Shown: piece after piece, positions 45,737-54,954 of the stretch
How positions within the stretch are numbered: position 1 is the first letter of the stretch
How the letters are laid out: each line of letters opens with the position of its first letter
Source of the DNA: Syntrophomonadaceae bacterium
GTDB lineage: Bacteria > Bacillota > Syntrophomonadia > Syntrophomonadales > DTU052
DNA: 64,000 nt
Assembly (NCBI GenBank): GCA_012729505.1
Contig: JAAYDA010000048.1
Span: forward strand, 70,222-134,221
Direction of reading: 5' to 3'
The notes under the pieces: generated by a model
What the model was told of the DNA's origin: nothing
The model's database searches: none
The model's input: the letters and a program-made list of their open reading frames with translations, nothing else
Program-made: the position numbers and the translations under genes

Positions 45737-45802
45737 GGCTCATCGCTCCCTTTCTTCATGGTCAAGAACCGGATAATCATTACTCAATACTCAATTCCAG
45801 GA

Positions 45803-48800
45803 CTACCCAGCCAGCTCCTCCGCTTCCCGGGGCGTTATGGAAAAGACCTCCGACATCCCCTGTTCCGGCATAGTGACTCCGTAAATATTATCCCCTATTT
45901 CTATAGTACCCTGTCGATGAGTAATCACCACAAACTGTATAGTCTCTGCCAGCTTCCTGAGAAATCCGGTAAATCTGCCCAGGTTAGCTTCATCCAATGC
46001 GGCATCTATCTCATCTATCAGGCAGAAAGGGGTTGGCTTCAACGCTAACAGTGAAAAAATGAATGCAATGCAAGTCAGAGCACGCTCGCCTCCGGAAAGA
46101 AGATTCAAGGATTGGCGGCGTTTGCCAGGCATTTTAACCATAATATCCACACCCGCCTGCAGAGGATTCTCATGGTTTTCCATCAATAACTCAGCCTCAC
46201 CGCCTTCAAAAATGGTATTGAAGGTCTTATTAAACGAACCATTGGCCAAACGAAGGAACTCCTGAAATCGTTGATTCATGATTAATTCCGTCTCTTCGAT
46301 TATACTGCTCAGAGCTTCGCGGGCCTGTTGTAAATCCTCCATTTGTTCCTGTAAAAAATCATATCTTTCCCTGGTTTGAGATAATTCATCGATGGAGGTC
46401 AAATCCACCGGCCCCAATTCCCCAAGGGATTCTTTGATGTTAACCGCCTCATCCCGCATAATCTTCTGCCGGCGTTTATCCATCTCCTCCAAGTAGTCAC
46501 AGAAAGGTTCATCGCCAAACTTCTCAGTCCATTGATCCTGAAGGTTCTTTTCTTCCATATCCGCCCGCAGCTTTTTCATCTCACCATTTGTTATACGGCC
46601 TTCAAGAGCTGCAATCTGGCCGCGTAATGACTCCACATTAGCCTGTGCTTCCAAGTGCCGCCTGTTTCCTTCATTCAGACTCCCTTCAATATCCAGAATT
46701 ATCTCCTTAATGTCACTTAACTTTTGTTGAGTCTCATCCTTTTCTTCCTCCAGAGACTCAATCCGCTCCTGCTCAACCAAAGCCATCACATCAAACTTTT
46801 TTATCTGGCTTTCATATTCGGTCAGGGTACGGTCATAGGACTCCTTAACCGCTATTTGTTGATTTAAATTATTACGTCTTGCCTCTAATTCTCTCATACG
46901 CAAATCCACCAGATCACAGCAATGAGCATGTCTCTCCCGAAGAAGATCGAGCATTCTGTTATTCTGGTTAATCGAGGCCTCTGTTTCATGCTTGTCTCCC
47001 CGAATATTATCAAGCTGTTCCTTCATTCCTTTAAGACCAACCGCAACTCGCTCCAGGTCTCCTTCCTGACCGGCAATATCCTTCAGCAGCCTGTCCTCTT
47101 CACTATTAAATGCCTTGATTTTGCGAGTCGAGTCATCTAAAAACTGTACGGTTCTTGCCTCTTCTTTGACCAATAGCTCATGCTGGAAAGTCTTTTCATT
47201 GACCTGCAGCATCACTGTGTTCCAATCAGCATCCAGCTCTTCCAAAATACTCTTCTGCATCTCCAGGTCAGATATGAGAGTTTCCAGCTCAGCAGTCACC
47301 GCTGTTGCCAAAGACACGCTTTCCCGGTAGTTAACTTTCATCTGCAGGGGAGTAGGGCCACGCCGATTATTTCGTCCCCCGGTCATGGCTCCGGCAGGAT
47401 TAATAATATCCCCTTCCACCGTTACAATTCGCAAACCCAGATGTTGGCGAAAGACCTTCAGCCCAATCTGTAAATCTTCCACTATTAAAATGCGGCCTAA
47501 GACATATTCCACCGCTTTGCGGTGTTCAGGATCAAACCCGACCAAATCAACCCCCAGCCCTACAACTCCCGGCACCTTGAGAATTGCCTCCACCTGGCGG
47601 CGCTCTGTTCCACTGGGGTGCAGTATGTTAAGGGGCAGCAACGTTACCCGCCCCCATGATTTCTTTTTCAGCAGTGCTATGGCCTTTGAAGCATCTTCCT
47701 CTCTCTGGACGACCACATTTTCCAGGGCCCCTCCAACTGCCGCCTCCACAGCTGTTTCCAAACCTGAAGGGACTTCAAGCAAATCAGCCACCACACCAAT
47801 CAGACCAGGCACCAATCGGTTATCTTTACTAACGGCAGTAACCAGATTCCTTACACCCTCCGATAATCCGGCATGAGAGCGGATATTTTCCTCCAGATGC
47901 AAAATACGGCGATTTATTTCTTCTAATTCAGTCCGCGCCCGGTTCGACTTATCAATCAATTCTTTAATAGACCCCTGAGCCAGTTCCCGCTTGGATTCAA
48001 CCGCCCGTTTTTTCTCCATTAACTCATCCAGGGATTTTTGGCCGTTACGGATTGTGTTTCTCAGGGCAGTCAGATTCTCCCGCTCCCCTTTCATCTTGTC
48101 CATTAAATAAAAACTCTCATTCTGGCTCTGCTCCAGCTTCTCCCGCAGTTTTTTCAGTTCTGCTTCCAGCCTTTGCGCCTGTTCTGCCAGCAAAGACTCC
48201 TCCCGGATCATATCAACTTCTCGTCCCTCAAGCTTTGCCAAAACTACCCGATCATTATTTTCCAAAACCTCAGTCGCCTGAATTTCAGTTAATATCTTCT
48301 CAGCCTCTTCAGTCTTGCCCTTTAGTTCAGTCTCTTTGGCAGCCAGATCATGCGTTGAAAGCTCCAAATCACTGTCTATTTTCTGCATTAATTCCCGATG
48401 CTTAGAAATATCCTTCTCCATCTGATCCAAACGTTCCCGGGCATTATTTATACGTTCTTCTGCCAGCCGGTGCTCACCCTCAATACGGTTAATGACAGCT
48501 GTCAGCTTATATTTCTCTTCCCGGTGAAAAGCAATTGTATCCCGCGCCTTACTTTGCCGGGAGGTTAAATTCTGAAAAGCCAATTCTTCCTTGTGAAACA
48601 GATCCCGGACAACGGCCAGCTGTTGGCCCAGCTCCGTCACCTCTCGCTGCCGAACATCCGCTTCACGCTGTAATCCCATCAACTCAAAAGCCATGACCTT
48701 ACGCTCACGAAAACCCAGCGCCTCAGTTAGTTCCAGATATTTTTGCGCCTGAGCCCCTTTGATTTCCAGTTCCGCCACCCGCTGGCTGACTTCCCCTATA

Positions 48801-49381
48801 ATATCCTCCAGCCTTATAAGATCAAGGGCCGAGGAATTCATGCGATTTTCAGCTTCTTCTTTTTTATAGCGGAATCCGGATATTTCTGCGGCTTCTTCCA
48901 TGAGCAGACGGCGCTCAAAAGGTTTGGCATCCAAAACCTGCTCCAACTCACCCTGGCCAATAATGGAATAGCCCCGCTTGCCTAATCCGGTCCCTGCAAA
49001 CAGGCTGTGAATATCCTTAAGCCTGACCTGATTCATGTTTAACAGGAATTCACTTTCACCATTACGATAGATGCGACGAGCCACAGAAATCTCGGAGTAA
49101 TCGTTACTAATAACACGATCTTGATTATCTACCGTCATGGATACCCAAGCCATTCCCAAGGGCTTCTTTTTGTCCGTGCCGGTAAAAATCACATCTTCTC
49201 CCCTTTGCCCCCGGAGGTTGCGCACATTAGCTTCACCCAGGACCCAGCGAATGGCATCCGCGATATTGCTTTTGCCGCAGCCATTCGGTCCGACAATCAC
49301 ATTTATGCCCGGTCGAAAATCAATCTCTATTCCTTTGGCGAAAGACTTAAATCCTTTCATTTCCAGGTGTTTAAGATACAT
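45803..49381 (-). CDS. smc: chromosome segregation protein SMC
   Basis: MYLKHLEMKGFKSFA, GPNGCGKSN Walker A, long coiled coils, hinge, and C-terminal LSGGERALTCIAF...LDEIDAALD. ATG 49381 follows GAGAGGA (ORF-track start 49420). Confidence 0.95.
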   Translation of the reverse strand: MYLKHLEMKGFKSFAKGIEIDFRPGINVIVGPNGCGKSNIADAIRWVLGEANVRNLRGQRGEDVIFTGTDKKKPLGMAWVSMTVDNQDRVISNDYSEISVARRIYRNGESEFLLNMNQVRLKDIHSLFAGTGLGKRGYSIIGQGELEQVLDAKPFERRLLMEEAAEISGFRYKKEEAENRMNSSALDLIRLEDIIGEVSQRVAELEIKGAQAQKYLELTEALGFRERKVMAFELMGLQREADVRQREVTELGQQLAVVRDLFHKEELAFQNLTSRQSKARDTIAFHREEKYKLTAVINRIEGEHRLAEERINNARERLDQMEKDISKHRELMQKIDSDLELSTHDLAAKETELKGKTEEAEKILTEIQATEVLENNDRVVLAKLEGREVDMIREESLLAEQAQRLEAELKKLREKLEQSQNESFYLMDKMKGERENLTALRNTIRNGQKSLDELMEKKRAVESKRELAQGSIKELIDKSNRARTELEEINRRILHLEENIRSHAGLSEGVRNLVTAVSKDNRLVPGLIGVVADLLEVPSGLETAVEAAVGGALENVVVQREEDASKAIALLKKKSWGRVTLLPLNILHPSGTERRQVEAILKVPGVVGLGVDLVGFDPEHRKAVEYVLGRILIVEDLQIGLKVFRQHLGLRIVTVEGDIINPAGAMTGGRNNRRGPTPLQMKVNYRESVSLATAVTAELETLISDLEMQKSILEELDADWNTVMLQVNEKTFQHELLVKEEARTVQFLDDSTRKIKAFNSEEDRLLKDIAGQEGDLERVAVGLKGMKEQLDNIRGDKHETEASINQNNRMLDLLRERHAHCCDLVDLRMRELEARRNNLNQQIAVKESYDRTLTEYESQIKKFDVMALVEQERIESLEEEKDETQQKLSDIKEIILDIEGSLNEGNRRHLEAQANVESLRGQIAALEGRITNGEMKKLRADMEEKNLQDQWTEKFGDEPFCDYLEEMDKRRQKIMRDEAVNIKESLGELGPVDLTSIDELSQTRERYDFLQEQMEDLQQAREALSSIIEETELIMNQRFQEFLRLANGSFNKTFNTIFEGGEAELLMENHENPLQAGVDIMVKMPGKRRQSLNLLSGGERALTCIAFIFSLLALKPTPFCLIDEIDAALDEANLGRFTGFLRKLAETIQFVVITHRQGTIEIGDNIYGVTMPEQGMSEVFSITPREAEELAG

Positions 49382-49526
49382 ATTTTTTCCTCTCGACCCA
49401 GCCCATGATTTGATCCCCAAAGACAGGCCTCATTAACCCTATGACATCCATTTTACCGGATTCCATTAGGTTTTCCAAATATTTCTCCCCCAACTATGCT
49501 GTTGATCAAATGTCATGATACAAGTT

Positions 49527-49645
49527 ATCAGGGAAAATGTCATCCCACAATCCGGAAACCGGGTGCGGAGACACGAGATGAATTCCGGCGTAGCGACCGT
49601 GGGGATGAGAACCGAGCAAACACCTGTGAATGACATTTCCCTGAT
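49527..49645 (-). other. about 120-nt nested-helix element between the radical-SAM gene and smc
   Basis: Outer helix 49527-49543 / 49630-49645 (16 bp plus 1 bulge: ATCAGGGAAAATGTCAT vs ATGACATTTCCCTGAT). Middle helix 49541-49548 / 49599-49607. Inner helix 49552-49557 / 49583-49588. No U-tract. Confidence 0.4.
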
Positions 49646-50718
49646 CATTGAAAGATGCCTGCAAAAGACTCTCTGGAAAGGAGAACCTCCGGAGCGTCCT
49701 GTCCCGGATGTCCCACTCCGACCTCGTCCATTTCCAAGCTTTCCAGCCCCGCAACTGCCAAGTCGCAAAGCTGAAATTCCCTTTTCAGATCTATTATATT
49801 GCCACGTCCCTGACCCACCATCTTGGAAATACTCCGGCGGTTCACAAACAGCTTTAATCTCTCCGCCGGCCACAATTCCAGATATCGGGTGATCGCCTCC
49901 CTGGCCTGCCATCTGAATACCCGGCTATATACCATTTCTCCGAAGGCCGGATGAAAGGGCCCTGCCAGTATTTCTCCCGGCCCCTCCAGCTCTTGCGTAG
50001 TCTGCAATCCCATTCTGATCACCTTAATACGCGCCTTTTCCAGTTCAATATACATCAGAGCCGTAGTTTCGATGGCTTCATCAAGGGATAGAGGCTGGTA
50101 TTCGCCACGGATGAACAGCCGGGCCAAGCCAGTGCCCCGGATTACCAAAGTCGGATAAATACGAATCAAGGAGGGACCTATTTGGATCACCTGCCGTGTA
50201 GACCGGAGCTCCTTGCTGCGGTCAGACAGGGGCAAGCCAATCATCAGCTGATGTCCCAGAGTAAATCCTTTTTCCTTTATTAGAAGTGAAGCTTCTGCCA
50301 CTTGGGACGGCACATACTCCCGACCGGCAAAAGCTAAAACATCCCGTTCAAGAGACTGGACCCCTAATTCAATAGTCTTAACACCATAATGGGCTAACAA
50401 CTCCAGATTCGGGATATCAATGGCATCTGGACGGGTTGAAACACGAATACCAGTTATCCGCCCTGACTGAATATACGGTTCCACACAACTAAGATATGAT
50501 TCCTGAAGACTGGAGGGTAAAGCTGTAAAGCTTCCTCCATAGAAGGCGACTTCACAGGGAGAAGGCAAGGCAGGCAAATATTCTTCAATGGTCCTGACCA
50601 CATCCTGAACATTCAGGCTTGACCTTTGGCCGGTAATAGTTTTCTGATTACAGAATATACAGTTATAGGTGCAGCCCTGATGAGGAATAAAGAAACTGAT
50701 AATCGAAGGGGTTCTCAC
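49645..50718 (-). CDS. radical SAM protein of unknown function
   Basis: N-terminal CTYNCIFCN (CxxxCxxC) cluster motif, 357 aa. The GTG start overlaps the rnc stop (GTGA). Confidence 0.85.
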   Translation of the reverse strand: MRTPSIISFFIPHQGCTYNCIFCNQKTITGQRSSLNVQDVVRTIEEYLPALPSPCEVAFYGGSFTALPSSLQESYLSCVEPYIQSGRITGIRVSTRPDAIDIPNLELLAHYGVKTIELGVQSLERDVLAFAGREYVPSQVAEASLLIKEKGFTLGHQLMIGLPLSDRSKELRSTRQVIQIGPSLIRIYPTLVIRGTGLARLFIRGEYQPLSLDEAIETTALMYIELEKARIKVIRMGLQTTQELEGPGEILAGPFHPAFGEMVYSRVFRWQAREAITRYLELWPAERLKLFVNRRSISKMVGQGRGNIIDLKREFQLCDLAVAGLESLEMDEVGVGHPGQDAPEVLLSRESFAGIFQ

Positions 50719-51398
50719 TGAGGAATATCCTTAAGAGCCAGTTCAGCAGCTTTCTGTTCAGCCTCTTTTTTTGTTTTGCCCTCCCCGGTGGCTAACAAGC
50801 GAGATTGCAGGAAAACTCCGGCCTCAAAGGTACGATCATGTGCGGGGCCACTTTCTCGCAGTATTTCATAAGATACATTTTCACGGCTGGAACCCTGAAC
50901 AATTTCTTGTAAACGGGATTTAAAATCGTAAAAGCCACCATCAGCAACCGAATCAATATCATCCTTCATATTGCTGATAATGAAGGACTCGGTAGAACCC
51001 AGGCCCTGATCCAAAAAAAGTGCGCCGATTACCGCCTCAAATGCGTCAGCCAGAATCGAACTTCGGTCTCTTCCTCCCGAGTTTTCCTCACCTCGGCCCA
51101 AAATGAGATATTCCCCCATTCGCAAAGCCCGAGCAAATCTGGCCAGATAACGTTCACAGACCACCTTGGCTCGAATCTTGGTTAAAATCCCTTCAGGCTG
51201 TTGAGGGAATCGATGGTATAAGTATTTGGCAACCACCAGATTAAGTACTGCATCTCCCAAAAATTCGAGCCTTTGGTTGTTCTCAATCATCCCCAATTCT
51301 TGAGCGTAAGAAGGATGAGTGAGGGCAGTAACCATCATCTGCACGTTGTTCATTTTCAATCGATTGGTTTTAATAAATCCTAAAGCCCTGTCTTCCAT
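50715..51398 (-). CDS. rnc: ribonuclease III
   Basis: ALTHPSY, NQRLEFLGDAVL signature, and C-terminal dsRBD (GPAHDRTFEAGV...GEGKTKKEAEQKAA). The start could be GTG 51410 or ATG 51398. Confidence 0.95.
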   Translation of the reverse strand: MEDRALGFIKTNRLKMNNVQMMVTALTHPSYAQELGMIENNQRLEFLGDAVLNLVVAKYLYHRFPQQPEGILTKIRAKVVCERYLARFARALRMGEYLILGRGEENSGGRDRSSILADAFEAVIGALFLDQGLGSTESFIISNMKDDIDSVADGGFYDFKSRLQEIVQGSSRENVSYEILRESGPAHDRTFEAGVFLQSRLLATGEGKTKKEAEQKAAELALKDIPQ

Positions 51399-51406
51399 GT
51401 TCTGCC

Positions 51407-51649
51407 TCACTGTTTAGCACTGATAACCTGATAGAGTGCTTTAATAAGAGCACCCATTGTTTTGTAATCCTCCAGATTCTCTTCAGGAAACTCTACATCA
51501 TAAAGATCTTCGATGGCCATCAGCATTTCCACTATATCAATGGAATCAGCATCAATCTCTTCAAAAGTGCTGTCCAAGGTTATCGTTTCCGGTTCGATCC
51601 CTAACTGTTCAGCCATAATTCTCCGAGCCTGGTCAAAGAATTCTTCCAT
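51407..51649 (-). CDS. acpP: acyl carrier protein
   Basis: 80 aa with EIDADSIDIVEMLMAIED (phosphopantetheine Ser motif). ATG 51649 follows GGGAGGTG by 6 nt. Confidence 0.9.
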   Translation of the reverse strand: MEEFFDQARRIMAEQLGIEPETITLDSTFEEIDADSIDIVEMLMAIEDLYDVEFPEENLEDYKTMGALIKALYQVISAKQ

Positions 51650-51720
51650 TCTGTCCACCTCCCTATTTGCCTCAGCAAAAAAACTTATCCCGGCAATCCA
51701 GCAAGACCTGCATCTGCAGA

Positions 51721-52680
51721 TCAGCTTTCATACAATGCCAAGCTGCTATTAAGCTTGCCTACCAACCCAGCAGACACGCATTTTTCCGCCTCCATAATCC
51801 CATTATATACTGCGTTGCTTCTGGAACTGCCATGACAAACGACACTAACTCCATCAACACCCAGCAAGGGAGCGCCACCCACTTGGGAATAATCAAAGTC
51901 CTGCAGCAAATGGCCCGCATCAACTCCATTGGAAACAAGACGCTCCGTTATGGTCGAGGCCAGCCCTTCCAAGACTTTAATAATTGTATTCCCAATAAAG
52001 CCGTCACATACCACCACATCTACCGAACCGCTAAAAAGGTCGCGTCCTTCAACATTCCCAACAAAGTTCAGAGACTCTATACTTTTTAATTGAACAAAAG
52101 CTGCCAGAGTAACCTGGTTGCCCTTAGTCTCCTCTTCACCATTAGCTAATAAACCCACTCGGGGATTTTCACCCCTCAGAAGTATCTCAGCATAAGATTT
52201 TCCCATTAACGCAAATTGAGTTAACTGACCAGGTTTGACATCCACATTAGCACCGGTATCTAACAGAACAGTATGCCCATGGTTTCCAGGAATCAAAACT
52301 CCGATAGCCGGCCGATCGATTCCTTTCATTCTCCCCCACCCAAAAACAGCAGCAGACATTTGAGCACCGGTGTTGCCACAAGATACTACAGCATCTGCCT
52401 GACCTTCCTTTACCAGCAGGGTGGCCACCATAATGGAGGAGTCCTTTTTTTTTCGAAGGGCCAAAGCGGGTGATTCATTCATCTCTACCACTTGACCGGC
52501 ATGGTGAATACTGATCCTGCCCGCAGGCCAGGATAACCCTTGCAATTCCGCTTTAATTGCGTCTTGATCCCCTACCAAAATGACCTCAATATCGTCTCTG
52601 GAATTAACAGCCAGAACAGTCCCACCCACTATCTCTCCAGGAGCATGGTCCCCGCCCATAGCATCAACGGCTATCCTCAC
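51721..52680 (-). CDS. plsX: phosphate acyltransferase PlsX
   Basis: MRIAVDAMGGDHAP N-terminus, 319 aa, downstream of rpmF as in most bacteria. Confidence 0.95.
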   Translation of the reverse strand: MRIAVDAMGGDHAPGEIVGGTVLAVNSRDDIEVILVGDQDAIKAELQGLSWPAGRISIHHAGQVVEMNESPALALRKKKDSSIMVATLLVKEGQADAVVSCGNTGAQMSAAVFGWGRMKGIDRPAIGVLIPGNHGHTVLLDTGANVDVKPGQLTQFALMGKSYAEILLRGENPRVGLLANGEEETKGNQVTLAAFVQLKSIESLNFVGNVEGRDLFSGSVDVVVCDGFIGNTIIKVLEGLASTITERLVSNGVDAGHLLQDFDYSQVGGAPLLGVDGVSVVCHGSSRSNAVYNGIMEAEKCVSAGLVGKLNSSLALYES

Positions 52681-52744
52681 AAGATAACCCCCTTAAATAA
52701 AAAGCAAGCTAAGAGCCTTAACGGCTCCTACTTACTTTCCCTTA

Positions 52745-52918
52745 CTAGTTAGTGACTTCCTTACCTTTGTAATAACCACATTTCAAACATACCCGATGGG
52801 GCATTTTGAGTTCATGACATTGGGGACAAGCCACCAAATTCGGACTCTCTATTTTGGCCCAGATAGAACGCCGCTTGTTTTTACGAGATTTGGATTGTCT
52901 TCTTTGAGGTACTCCCAT
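52745..52918 (-). CDS. rpmF: 50S ribosomal protein L32
   Basis: MGVPQRRQSKSRKNKRRS and CPQCHE..PHRVCLKCGYY zinc ribbon. ATG 52918 follows GGAAGGAGA by 6 nt. Confidence 0.95.
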   Translation of the reverse strand: MGVPQRRQSKSRKNKRRSIWAKIESPNLVACPQCHELKMPHRVCLKCGYYKGKEVTN

Positions 52919-52936
52919 GATCAGTCTCCTTCCCAA

Positions 52937-53437
52937 TTATAACATTTTCTTTAGTGCTTCCCATCTCGGGTCTATTTCTTCATCCCGGCACTGGCACTTG
53001 CCTTGGTTAAAATTCTGTCCGCATTTGGAACAAAGTCCCAAGCATTCGTCAGAACATAACACTCTCAAAGGCAAACTGAGTAAAATATTGCCTTGAACCA
53101 CCGGTTCCAGATTAACCTTCGGATCTTCAAAATAGATAAAGCTTTCTTCATCTTTGAAAAACCTTCGGTTTTCCTCTTCGCAAAATTCCACCGTTATCGG
53201 CATTTGAATCTCTTGACAAAAGATCCCCAGACACCGGTCACAATCCATTTCCAGTCCGGCCTTGATTTCACCTTGCCCCACCATTAATCTGCCGGTATTT
53301 GTAACCGTTAAGGATACTAATACCCGCCCAAACAGCCGAACCCCCTGAATCAATTCCAGACCCGAATAATCCTTTTCAAGGCGGAATTCTTCAGCGGACT
53401 TGGGATGGAGCTTGAGCCATGATAAATCAATCTGCAT
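52937..53437 (-). CDS. yceD: YceD/DUF177 family protein
   Basis: About 166 aa with C-terminal Cys cluster CSDECLGLCSKCGQNFNQGKCQC. Immediately upstream of rpmF. Confidence 0.85.
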   Translation of the reverse strand: MQIDLSWLKLHPKSAEEFRLEKDYSGLELIQGVRLFGRVLVSLTVTNTGRLMVGQGEIKAGLEMDCDRCLGIFCQEIQMPITVEFCEEENRRFFKDEESFIYFEDPKVNLEPVVQGNILLSLPLRVLCSDECLGLCSKCGQNFNQGKCQCRDEEIDPRWEALKKML

Positions 53438-53467
53438 GCCTAACACTCCAGTAAAAATGCCAGATTA

Positions 53468-53497
53468 ATTATAGTCTGGCAAGATATTTATTGTCAA
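53468..53497 (-). promoter_or_regulatory. consensus sigma-A promoter for yceD-rpmF-plsX (TTGACA-N18-TATAAT)
   Basis: Both hexamers are perfect on the minus strand. The 6-bp inverted repeat GCCAGA-N10-TCTGGC (53459-53480) brackets the -10. Confidence 0.7.
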
Positions 53498-53630
53498 GAA
53501 TAGCATATTTAGCTGATCATAGCTAATAGTACAATATGAAAAATCATGCAATTATCTCTCTTAAGCAGCATAACAGACTTGCGCACTCACCCGAGGAGGC
53601 GATTCTATCCCTATCAGTGAATAGATTTAT

Positions 53631-53659
53631 AAAAAATTAAAGGCGGGCCGCAGCCCGCC
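53631..53659 (-). terminator. rho-independent terminator after ackA
   Basis: GGCGGGC-UGCG-GCCCGCC followed by UUUAAUUUUUU on the minus strand. Confidence 0.85.
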
Positions 53660-53673
53660 CCAGATTGTTGCTG

Positions 53674-54867
53674 CTATTTTGCCAGGCCGAAAGTATCTCT
53701 GGCTATAACCAATTCTTCATTGGTAGGAATAATAAATATGCGCACTTTGGAATCAGCGGCGGATACATCAACTTCCTTGCCCCTAACCTTGTTCTTTTCG
53801 TTATCCATTATGATTCCCAGGCTGTCTAAATCTTTACAAATAGCTTCCCGATTTTCAATGCCGTTTTCTCCAACTCCGGCAGTAAAGACTATACAGTCAC
53901 AGCCGTTGAGCTCTGCTATATAGCTTCCAATATAGCTTTTAATCCGATTGTGATAAACATCCAAAGCCAATTGTGCTCTTTCATTACCGGATTTGGCTGC
54001 TTCCATTATGTCTCTCAGGTCGTTAGATACTCCAGACAAGCCCAGCATACCGGACTTTTTATTAAAGTAGCTGTTAGCTTCATCTGAATTCATATTAAGC
54101 TTATCCATGAGGAAAAACACAATGGCCGGGTCAACGTCACCGGAACGAGTTCCCATGACCAAACCTTCCAGCGGAGTAAAGCCCATGGAGGTGTCTACTA
54201 CTCTGCCATCCTTGATAGCAGCCATACTGCCGCCATTGCCAAGGTGAAGGGTAATTATTTTACATTCTTCAAAAGGCTTGCCCATCATTTCGGCGGCCCG
54301 ATGAGATACGTAGAAATGAGAAGTCCCATGGAAACCATATCTCCTTACCTTGTAGTCCCTATATACATCATAGGGAAGTGCATACATAAAATATTCCGGC
54401 TTCATGGTCTGATGAAACGCGGTATCAAATACAGCCACATGAGGAACACTCGGCATCAGTTCCTGACAAGCCTCAATCCCCATAAGGTTGGGAGGATTGT
54501 GTAAAGGAGCAATATCAAAGCATTCACGGATTACCTGCTTCACCTTGCCATCAATAATTGTCGATTTAGCAAACCCTTCGCCGCCATGTACAACCCGGTG
54601 GCCGACAGCGCCGATTTCCGTCATGTCCGCGATTACCCCATACTCTTTATTCACAAGGACTTCCAGAACAAGCTTCATGCCTTCGGTATGATCAGGGAGA
54701 TCCTTTTTAATCACCACTTCATCTTTACCGGTGGGCTCGTGCTTTAGGACTGTTCCGGGAATACCAACCCTATCAACCAATCCCTTGGCAAGAACCGATT
54801 CATCTGTCATGTTAAAGACTTGATACTTAATGGATGAACTTCCGCAGTTAACTACTAGTATCTTCAT
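53674..54867 (-). CDS. ackA: acetate kinase
   Basis: MKILVVNCGSSSIKYQ, HRVVHGG, and FTAGVGEN motifs. 397 aa. Confidence 0.95.
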   Translation of the reverse strand: MKILVVNCGSSSIKYQVFNMTDESVLAKGLVDRVGIPGTVLKHEPTGKDEVVIKKDLPDHTEGMKLVLEVLVNKEYGVIADMTEIGAVGHRVVHGGEGFAKSTIIDGKVKQVIRECFDIAPLHNPPNLMGIEACQELMPSVPHVAVFDTAFHQTMKPEYFMYALPYDVYRDYKVRRYGFHGTSHFYVSHRAAEMMGKPFEECKIITLHLGNGGSMAAIKDGRVVDTSMGFTPLEGLVMGTRSGDVDPAIVFFLMDKLNMNSDEANSYFNKKSGMLGLSGVSNDLRDIMEAAKSGNERAQLALDVYHNRIKSYIGSYIAELNGCDCIVFTAGVGENGIENREAICKDLDSLGIIMDNEKNKVRGKEVDVSAADSKVRIFIIPTNEELVIARDTFGLAK

Positions 54868-54954
54868 TTTAGATCAAAAACCTCCTCAACTATTATACTA
54901 TTGCAACAGGTGGCACCCGGTAAACGTCCACCTACTGAAATTCTTAAACGGGAA

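Noticed and set aside
45728-45743. Programmed +1 frameshift (AUU-UAA-C) as the explanation for the ftsY start anomaly
   Set aside because: It superficially resembles the prfB site, but tRNA-Ile re-pairing on UUU is poor and there is no SD-like stimulator 3 nt upstream. ATA initiation or a 1-nt sequence error is simpler. It is kept only as a minor alternative in the finding.
49466-49912. 148-aa, 82-aa and 125-aa ORFs overlapping the radical-SAM 3' end and the smc upstream region
   Set aside because: They have no RBS, Gly/Arg/Ser/Pro-rich products, and overlap a gene with a clear CxxxCxxC motif. The region is better explained by the nested inverted repeats.
54911-54926. TGGCAC on the plus strand in the pta-ackA intergenic region
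   Set aside because: It is followed by ccggt-aaacg, so there is no TTGC -12 element. No plus-strand gene lies downstream.
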